Assembly (NCBI GenBank): GCA_001179505.1
Contig: CDMY01000816.1
Coordinates: forward strand, 1-17,796
DNA length: 17,796 nucleotides
Direction: 5' to 3'
Source of the DNA: Vitrella brassicaformis CCMP3155
Lineage: Eukaryota; Protista; Chromerida
Below, piece after piece: positions 9,221 to 17,796 of the stretch. The notes under the pieces are model-generated. The model made no database searches and was not told the DNA's origin. It saw nothing but the letters and a program-made list of their open reading frames with translations. The stretch's first letter is position 1; each line of letters starts with the position of its first letter. The position numbers were made by a program, and so were the translations under genes.

Positions 9221-9794
9221 CACACACAATCTGTCTCGGACACAGTAGATAACATCGCAGAGCACAGAGGAGAGGCGCGCGCCCAAGAGAGGCCTCACGT
9301 GGTCAGGGACGTTGGACTGTTTCTATTTATACATATCGATACGCGACTGCTCACCGATGCGTGAGTGATAGTCGACGGATGCGTGTGATTCGTTTCATGA
9401 CGGGCCGATAGACTCTACCTGCCGGTGGGCGATGCGTTGAATGAATTGGAATCGATCATGGAGTGCTCGATATTCAACTAAGTTTCGTCGTTGATCTCTT
9501 CAATGCGTTATGTGGGTAGTGAGTATCTTGCGAATGTACAGAAAGTACAACCAGAAAAGCGACTGATTAGAGAGCCGAGTGTGCACAAAACGATTAGAGT
9601 GCCGAGTGTGCGCTGTCTATCTCACCGTTTCAGCCTTTTTTTGCATCCCCCTCTCGCACACATTGCCACTCGCATCCCTCTCGCGTTCGGTTTGCAGCGA
9701 TCTGCCGACTTATCGTCTTCTCCCACTCTCGATATCGTCTTTTCCCACTCTCGATTGACGTTCACCTCCTTTCTCTTCCGTCTGAACTGGAGCC

Positions 9795-12700
9795 ATGAAT
9801 TGCAAGCAGCGGATCAACAAGTGCATGTCCCCTCCCATGTCGCCCCCCCACTCGCCAGAAGCCATCGACATGAACATCGACCCGCCCTCGCCCAGCCAAG
9901 AGGGTGCCGGGCAGGACGGCCAGGAGGCTGCCGATGGTGAGCAGCAGCAACTGATGGATGAGGCTGAACAAGCACTGCTGGGCGGTGAGGGGCAGGAGGA
10001 GGAGCCACGCCATGGCTTCGAGGACTACCGTGACGCGGACAAGGGCGGCGGTGAGGCGGCGGAGTCGCCTGACGACAATGGTGGACCACCTGAGATGGAC
10101 CCATACAATGACGGGTACGGATGTATGCACGTATGCGTCAGCAGACATGTTCTCGCTCAGCTCCCCCTTCCCTCCCTCCCTCCCTCCCTGGGTGACTGCA
10201 GTCCTGACAATGAGGGCAGTGAGGGTCAGGAAGCTGGGCGTGACGGCGAGGAGCTGGGTGACGGCCCGCATGACCAGCAGCACGACAACGGAGACTTTGA
10301 GGGTGGCGGTGATGGCTCAGTGGACGAAGATGAGGCTGCTCCTGCCGCTAATGGAAGGTGAGAAGAAATGCAGAAGGTGTACATGCCAGCATTTGGTGAC
10401 CCCCTGTCGATTGTTGTCTCTCCTACGTGCCCTCCTGGCTGCAGGCCTTCCCCTCCCCGCTCACCCCCAACGCCGCCTCCCTACTCGCCCGGCGGTATCG
10501 ACATGCATCTCGACCCCCACCCGCCCCATTGCGATCAAGACAACAGCCGACAGCTCGACGGGCCGGGCCCAGAGGAGGCGCATTGCGATGCCGATGAGCC
10601 CGATGTCGACGTCGATGAGCCACAGGCAGAGAAGGTGGATATGGGCGAGGAAGGGCAGGAGAGTCGTGACCATGACGCCGCCGACAACAGTGGTGCCGTC
10701 GGTCAGCAGCTGCGTGAGGACGGATTGCTTGATGAAGACCACCAGGCGGGCCAAGATGACGCTCGTGACAACCGGCACGGCCGCGGCGGGTACGTAGCGA
10801 GCTGGCAAGTCAAGGAGGAGAGGGCAGGAAGGGAGTGCATCCATTGCATTTGTCCTTTTCTCTGTACAATTGCACGCAGCCCTGATCATGATCACGAGAA
10901 GCATGAGGATAAGGGCGACGAGCCCCCTGACGCACCGGACGGACTGAGCGCACAAGGCCATCAGGGAGGCCGCAGCGGGTACGCAGAAAGCTGGCAAGTG
11001 AAAGAGGAGAGGAGAGAGCAGGGAGGGAGTGCATACGTGACATCACATCACATGTGATGCATGCAGCCCTTCTTCGGTCGCCTGTCGGGGCTCTCGTCAT
11101 GCCGATTGTCTGTCTGCGAGCGAGCAGGAGGACAGTGAAGGGCAGGCTGACGACCAAAGGCCAAAGAGTCGCTCTGCCAAGCCGTCACGTACACAACCAC
11201 CCCCACCAGCAGAAGACCGCCGTGAGGAGATCGATCACGACTTGGCGGCTGAGGACGGTCGTCACAGGCATGCGGACACTGCCGATGCCGGCGGTGCTGA
11301 TGCGTCGCGCGGAGGTGGTGGTGCTCATCGCATGGACAGGGCGGGTAGTGCCTGTTCTCGTGAGCAGGATGAGGATGGCCACGGCCCTTTCGCCGATGCT
11401 ATGGATATCGGTGAGCACACAGACCACACACAGGCACATGCAGCCGGTCTGTCGGCATGCGTTCATCCACAACGCTCTCCCTCTGTGTGTGTGCATCGAT
11501 GTATCTAGATTTGGGAGGCCCTGCAGCAGCAGCCACTCCAGCGGCGGCTGACAAGGGCCCTTGTGTTGGCTGTGGACAGCAGGCGGGCCATGATAACACC
11601 CTCGGCGGGCACGAGCGCCGTGGCGGGTAGGTAGCTGGCAAGTGAAGGAGGAAATGAGGGGGCAGGGAGGGAGGGAGTGCATCCAATCAATCACATTTGT
11701 CTGTCCTCTTTCTTTCCCCAGCAGTGCTGATGACGGCATACCAGCAGCCAGGGATGCAGAGCCTCAGGACGGCCGCCCATGCCACAAGCGGATCTGCAAG
11801 TGGATCGGAAGACACATCGGCTTCGTCGTGGCCCTTGTCATCAGCTGTGTGCTGGTCGGTCCATCCTTCGGTCTGATTTTTTTCTGGAGAGGGGCACCAG
11901 CAAAACCACTGCTGATCATGAGCGATGTTTCTGGGTGCCCAGCGGCAAGGCCGGTAGTGTATTTGCAGCGTGTTCAAAAGGCTGTCGACGTATGCTTCCA
12001 GATGACCATACGAAACACAGCAGGTACGATTGTGCTAGATGCCGATAGTATAGAAGGTATGAGATACCGTTGTGTTTGGATCCGAACAGGTTGGAAATGG
12101 GATGAGGAGTGTTCGGAAATCCGTCTGACGGTCAAGCACTTCAAAGTCTCAGGCATCAAGCTAGGAGAACAAGAATGGACGAGTCATACGGAACGACAAC
12201 CGCAAGGGCTCACTACGGAAATCGTCATCGATAAAGATAAGGCGGATGGCTTCTCTGGTGAACCACTACTACTAAATTTTACACTTTCGAAGGCCGACTC
12301 CGACTCCGAATTGCCATATAAGCAGACCAGCGATGGGTATGAGCTGTGGATTGATGTATCTTTCTGTACGGAGAGGCCCCGTACAGAGGGGCCTTGCGTT
12401 CGGGATCCCTTTTTCTCCAATTATGTTAATGTCTTACTCGAAGACGGAGAACGAGTAGATTCCTCGTTGCCTGAGCCTGATTACTTGGGACGCGATGGCG
12501 AAAGAGCTCTCCTACGGTGGAATAGAGGTGTGGTTTCTTCTGAAGTACAGGAAGCAACCACCGCCCCACCTGAAGAAGATAAAACAACCACCGCCCCACC
12601 TGAAGAAGAGGTGGTTTCTTCTAAAGTCCTTATCGCACCACCACACCATCCCTCTCTCATCTTTCTATTTGTCGACGCGGATGGTATACGGAAGGGGGCT

Positions 12701-12949
12701 GAGGATTGGAACATAGGTTGGGGATCATCACTGGGTGTTGGTGTTGGGATATTTTTCAGCGCGTTCATAGCTTTGTTCAAAGGGGATCGGAAAGTCAGCG
12801 AGATCCTAAGAATGACGAGGATGCAGGCAACCGAGGTGGACAGATCAAGAGCGTACCGGGAAGGAGATCCGGAGAACCGCGTAGATAGGGGGGGCGGAGG
12901 AGAGATTAATGTGACGGTTGAGGGCGATGGCGGTGCACTTGAGGATTGA
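9795..12949 (+). CDS. Hypothetical membrane protein, 7 exons, 869 aa: acidic/Pro-rich low-complexity N-terminus plus a domain flanked by two predicted transmembrane segments
   Basis: join(9795..10114,10202..10357,10445..10789,10880..10978,11067..11410,11509..11626,11722..12949) = 2610 nt. All six introns are GT-AG (87-98 nt), phases are consistent and the spliced frame is open to TGA at 12947-12949. Hydrophobic segments HIGFVVALVISCVLVGPSFGLIFFW and IGWGSSLGVGVGIFFSAFIALF. Start codon choice and the in-frame introns are unverified. Confidence 0.75.
12530..12629 (+). repeat. Intragenic repeats encoding VVSSEV / TTAPPEE / TTAPPEE / VVSSKV
   Basis: accaccgccccacctgaagaag occurs twice with a 30-nt period, flanked by gtggtttcttct.aagt at ~12530 and ~12611. 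Confidence 0.85.
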
Positions 12950-13646
12950 GAGGAGACGCGCAAATCCGTGAAGGAGCTGCATTGCGTCACGCCGCCGCTC
13001 TCCACGCTGCCGGTCGAGGTCTGATTCATTCACTTATCCACTGGCGCCCATACTGAGTTACTGACTGTTGCTTTTGTGCGAGGGAGGGGTGGATGAATCG
13101 GTGTCCACATGGAGAGTCCTCTGCGAGATAGGTCGTGGTTGGTGAGGGCGTGGAGGGACAGATGGCCTCTCACTCGATCGGGAGTACAGTCGAAAGTACC
13201 TCTGAGGGGAGGGGGATGAAGCATACGTATCCTACTCACCTGCCTGGTCCTTTTCGTGGTCAGGTGGACTTCTGTTCTGTAAGTGACTGTCTCACTCTTT
13301 TTCCGTTTGGGGTGGTGTTTGGCCCGGGTCTTTTTCAGCTACCTGAGTGACCGGCTGAACAATCCGCGTGTGAGTGAGGATGAACACGGCAGTCTGCAGT
13401 AGTCTGCACTGCTCAGGAGTTCCTTGGCCGATACTCATCAGGAGCTCTTCTTGACCGATACTCACTGGTTTTTCGGTTTCTGCCACCTTGTCCCGTGGTG
13501 GCTTTTCCTCCGTTCGTTCCCTCCTCCTCTGGCTTGGCTCTACCCATTCTCTGCCCCTGTATGGTCGGTTGGTGTAGGTATTTTTCTGCTGTGGGAGCCC
13601 AGAGTGCTCGCACTGCATGGAGACTCGATGATGTGGTGACTGAGTT

Positions 13647-14196
13647 CTATTCAGCTTCTGAAGACAGCTGCGAAGCTTTTTCTTTTGTGGGTCTATTTGT
13701 ATATTGTTGCGTCTCAGTCTGTTCCATTGCTTTGTGTCTGAGGAGGAAGGATGCGGATTGCCTTGTTTGTGGGCTGCTGCATTGCATCCTCACTGATTTT
13801 TCAGTTCAGTTGCGTCTTCTGCCAAGCGACTGATGGGAGGAAGACGAGGGAGAAGAGTGAGGAAAGTGGGAGGGATGGGTGAAGAAAGTGGGAGAGACGG
13901 GTGGAGCAGGGATGCTGCATCATCAATCTTATCTGAAAGCTTCCTTCACATGGCTGACTGACTCGATAGTAGAGTCGATATCTGAAGCTTGAAACTTGTC
14001 TATTGAGCTTCTGCAGACAGCTGCGAAGCTCCGTTTTCTCCTGTGGATTTGCTTAAATATGATTGCTTCTCAGTCTGCTCCACTGCTTTGTGCCTGAGGA
14101 GGAAGGATGCGGATTGCCTTGTTCGTGGGCTGCTGCGTCCCTACGGATCTTTCGGTTCAGTTCCATCTTATGTCAAATGACTGATAGGAGGAAGAC
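13647..14196. repeat. Diverged ~200-bp direct repeat (13647-13845 and 14000-14196)
   Basis: Collinear copies sharing a perfect block tgaggaggaaggatgcggattgccttgtt (13739-13767, 14095-14123) and gacagctgcgaagct. Confidence 0.9.
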
Positions 14197-14571
14197 ACAC
14201 TATTGCACCGACGGCTAAAGAAAGAACAAAACATGACGAACACCAAGACGCACTTCATCATACTTGCGGGGTGGATAACATGTCCTAATCTGGCTAAACT
14301 GTGCGGTAAGAAGATTTCTGTTGGATGCTTCCAAAATCGCCATGTCTCCCAGGTCGATGGAGCTTTGCAGAGCCTGGAATGGAGTGTTCGACAAATCGCT
14401 CAGAGATTGCGTTTCAAACTATAGGCTGCCTACATACGGATCCTCCTCCTTCGATTCGTCCCTTCATACATTCCTGGTCATCCCCTGTTTGCATTAGCAG
14501 AAGAAGTTTTACTGGCCGAAATCAAAAAATAGGACGACCAGTAGCTTCTCTACACTTCATCCATGAACATA

Positions 14572-14655
14572 TAACATGCATGGCTCCATCAACAAAACCA
14601 CGGTAGAAAGACTTAACATGCATGGCTCCATCAACAAAACCACGGTAGAAAGACT
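14572..14655 (+). repeat. Perfect 42-bp tandem duplication
   Basis: taacatgcatggctccatcaacaaaaccacggtagaaagact at 14572-14613 and 14614-14655. Confidence 0.95.
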
Positions 14656-14798
14656 TTTGTCGGATGTCTCCCAAATATCGTATCTTGCAGCCTAAATGGA
14701 GCTTTCCAGAGCCAGCGGGGAAAGCGTCAGAGGCTGGTCTTCAAGCTAGACGTGGACAAGTATTGTTTCCCAGCTAAAATGGTGATGATGGCTGTTTC

Positions 14799-15980
14799 GC
14801 TCATCAAGACCGCTGTGCGATGAAAGCATGCGCGGTATCTATTCGTGTGCATCTCCTCTTAGGCGTGGACAAGTACTGTTCCCAGCTCAAATATTGATGG
14901 TGGCTTGTTTCGCTTGAAATAGAGTTAGCCTACATAACAGATACGCTCGGCTTGGAGGTATCCGTCAGAGTGACAGTGATAGCAGAATCAAAGCTTCAAG
15001 ACTATTGCTCTTTTGATTGCACGGTCTGCAGGTTTTCGTCTCTGAACCACTAAAGCTGTTGTTTTACCTGCGTGATCTTGATCGGTATGGTGCGCTTTCT
15101 TAACCTCTGCAAAGCTCTGTTGAAACTCCAAGAAAAGGTACTCTTGAAAAGGTACTCTTGAAAGCAGCATCCGAGAAAAGTACTTTGCCATGTCATTAAT
15201 AACTCAAAAAGCAGTGTAGCATAAGCAGTGTAGCATCATAAACAGTGTGTCTTCTTCATTAAGATAATTCTCACACTAGAAGTATCACATCATTCTTGGA
15301 AACAAGAAATTTTCACACACAAGATCGACTTTTTGCAACGTTGCGCTGAAGCGTCTTATTATGAACTTCAGGGCTTCAGGAAAGAATATATCTTTCATTC
15401 TTTCTTCCAAAATCCACTCCTAAGGTTCTACATTTGAGGCTAACCTACGAGTCCAGATTTGAGGCCAAATCTACATCCGTCTTCCTCTGCAGAACAAAAC
15501 TCGTCTTCAAGTCATGGATCGACTGGCACATTCTTGTTAAGCCTTGCATAGAGAGGTTCAAATAGAGCAGCAATTCTGTGAGCGGAAGCAACGGCGGTCT
15601 GATGAGAAATACAGAAGGACAACAAAACACTCAACAGTCGACAAGCACTCATTGATAGATTAAGAAAGTGCACCATACGGGTCAAGATATCGCAGATGAA
15701 ACAGCTTTGGTGTTTAGGGACGAAGACCAACACACCGTTCTGGGAAGCAAAAAGAGCAACAGTCTTGAAGCTTTCAGTCTGCTGTCAAGATTACAGTAAG
15801 ACGCCTTTTGCCGGATAGCTCCAAGCCGAGCGTATATATTGTGTAGGTTTTAATCTATTTCAAGCGGAAAAAGCCATCATCGATATCTTATCTTGAAAAC
15901 AGTATTTCTTTACGCCTAAAAGAGAATGCACAGGAGAAGTACGTGGAAACCATGAAAATCCACAAACTCGCTTGACGAGC
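14799..15980. repeat. Long diverged inverted repeat, arms 14799-15103 and 15660-15980
   Basis: atacgctcggcttggaggtatcc (14941-14963) is the reverse complement of ggatagctccaagccgagcgtat (~15813-15835) with one mismatch. aagcttcaagactattgctctttt pairs with aaaagagcaacagtcttgaagctt. Similarity is collinear over ~300 bp. Confidence 0.88.
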
Positions 15981-17796
15981 TCTCACGCATTCTTTTTCGG
16001 CGAGTCTGACGCTTCTGAGACACGTTCGCATAAGTTGCCGTGCAAAGCCAAACTGAATGTGTGTTCCATATTGTATATATTCAGGCGCCGTTGGGAGCAC
16101 TTTCAAGCGGGATGCGGGTGAACGTCTTCATTCTCTTTTTGTCCCTAGCACGTTATTCGTCAACAAAGAGTACATGATCTGCAAAAGCAATGGCCCTAGA
16201 AGGTTGTTGAAGGTTCAAGTCAATTGAATAGTTTGTGGTTTTGTTGCGCGTCAGGGCGGTGTGTCAGGAAAACTGCAGACTCGCCTTGGATGAAATGCCG
16301 AGGAAAGACGAGTGAGTGTAGCTTTGGAAAATCTCCTGGCGGCAGAAGGCTGCATAAAATAGAAGTATCGCCTTTGGCGAATTGCTAGTCCCGCAGCCGC
16401 AATACTACCTACGAAAATAACAATGTTAGGTGTGAATTTTGTGAAGCCTTGTCGTTGCTGGTCCAAATCGTGGAAATTCCGCTTTATTTAACCACGCATC
16501 ATTGTGTCTAATGCACGAAAACGCACTTCATGAATTGTGTTACCAGTGTTACCAATACGAAGAAATACATTGTTTAGAGTAAATCCACCCGCACCTCTAT
16601 CAAAACTGCTCATAACTGTTTTGTATTTATATTATTATCATATGTTTGTGAATTTTAAGATCGCAAAGGTTGAAGACCGGTGTCTGAAGTAGTCTGTTCG
16701 GCGGTCCATTCCAAACTCTGAAAAGCTCCATTAATGTTCAAGATACAATGTTTCTGAAAGGTCCCTAGAGAAATCCCTGTTGGCGTAAAAAATACTTCCC
16801 TCGAATACATCCTAGCTGAGGGCATTATGCAGGTCTAACTTAGCTGCAGAACCTGAAATGGACTGCTGAAGAAGGGGCATTAGATATTGGTAATGAGGTC
16901 GAACGCGTGTTGCTTGCATCGGCCAAGACATTTCACAAGCTCATGACAATGCTTCAGACGAAGGCTTGACGGAACGAGCCTTGAGAGACCGTACAACTAG
17001 CCTCTGCATATTCGCCCCATCGAACACGACATGAAATCGCAATGAGGGGCCACTGAGAGGCAGTAAGCCTGGAATCACTCGCCTTACTTATAACATTTAC
17101 TGAGCATATCCAATTGAAAAAGACACAGAACAAATGAGCGCACATCTTCATCCGTCGTGAGGACAAACAACTCTTACTGTCTGAACCAAGATCAGGTGGA
17201 CATCAATCCACTTGTTAATGTCAAGGTATGAAGCCCTGCAGGAGGCACATTTAGCAATCGTTTCAAAGAGTCATGAATGCATAGATGAACGAATGGACAG
17301 TGAGAATGCATATCTAATATTATCATTACGATGAATGGAAGTCCCTCATGTGTACGGCTACTTACCAATTTGTCCTCATGAAGCTGACTCCACTAATCGT
17401 CTCTGTTCGTGAGGACCAGCCTTCTGACGACATCCAGATGGCCGGCTTTGACAGCGTAATGCAGCGCTGTCGTTCCCCCTGTAGTCACATCAACCCTAGG
17501 AATACAGCAGATCCACAGGGTATCCACAAAAGCTAGGTGCTGCTGTACTCATTAATCACTCATTAAAGCAACATTCATCTTACCCCCCATGATTGAGTTG
17601 GTGATTTCTCGGCTGTTTCTCCTCCTTTTCGGATGAGCGAGCGTGTATCGGACTACACCCAACCACCTACCCTCATCCCGCGAGACGGCGGCGGGCCCCC
17701 CTGTTGCGCATGCAACGAGAAAGGGACGTCTGCGCTGTCCACATGCAGCCGACGATGTGACTGCCGGAATCACAAGCGCCTCTGCACTAACTGTGT

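Noticed and set aside
11642-11721. GTG start of a stand-alone 435-aa ORF
   Set aside because: These codons lie in an intron (11627-11721) homologous to two upstream introns; the frame joins the upstream exons.
16251-16613. Minus-strand reading MSSFDRGAGG...*...FTPNIVIFVGSIAAAG as a gene
   Set aside because: It has an internal TAA, three consecutive stops just upstream and no recognisable motif; it cannot be told apart from a shadow frame.
17633-17796. Open frame MSERVSDYTQPP... running off the window end
   Set aside because: Only 54 codons with no motif or splice support; it needs downstream sequence.

Overview
Eukaryotic genomic DNA with short GT-AG introns; no prokaryotic features are evident. 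From left to right: (1) a palindrome-rich minisatellite array (293-751); (2) a 5'-truncated, inactivated CRE-clade-like non-LTR retrotransposon on the minus strand (RT + CCHC + restriction-like endonuclease, ~1440-3109); (3) a spliced ankyrin-repeat gene fragment on the minus strand (~3110-5756), mostly one 105-nt phase-0 exon per repeat, with a two-exon unit tandemly copied five times and several lesions; (4) a second 5'-truncated CRE-like element of a different family on the plus strand (~5757-8480) with two frameshifts; (5) a foldback-like palindromic element built from the same minisatellite unit (8505-9220); (6) an apparently intact 7-exon gene (9795-12949, 869 aa by my splice model) encoding a long acidic low-complexity N-terminus and a domain bounded by two hydrophobic segments; (7) a visibly AT-richer, decayed region (13.0-17.5 kb) with diverged direct and inverted repeats, short perfect duplications and residual coding signal. 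The most unusual structure is the ankyrin exon-cassette fragment, cut inside an exon at both ends by two back-to-back retroelements and bracketed by oppositely oriented arrays of one repeat family. Translations, splice models and alignments were done by eye; no database searches were run.
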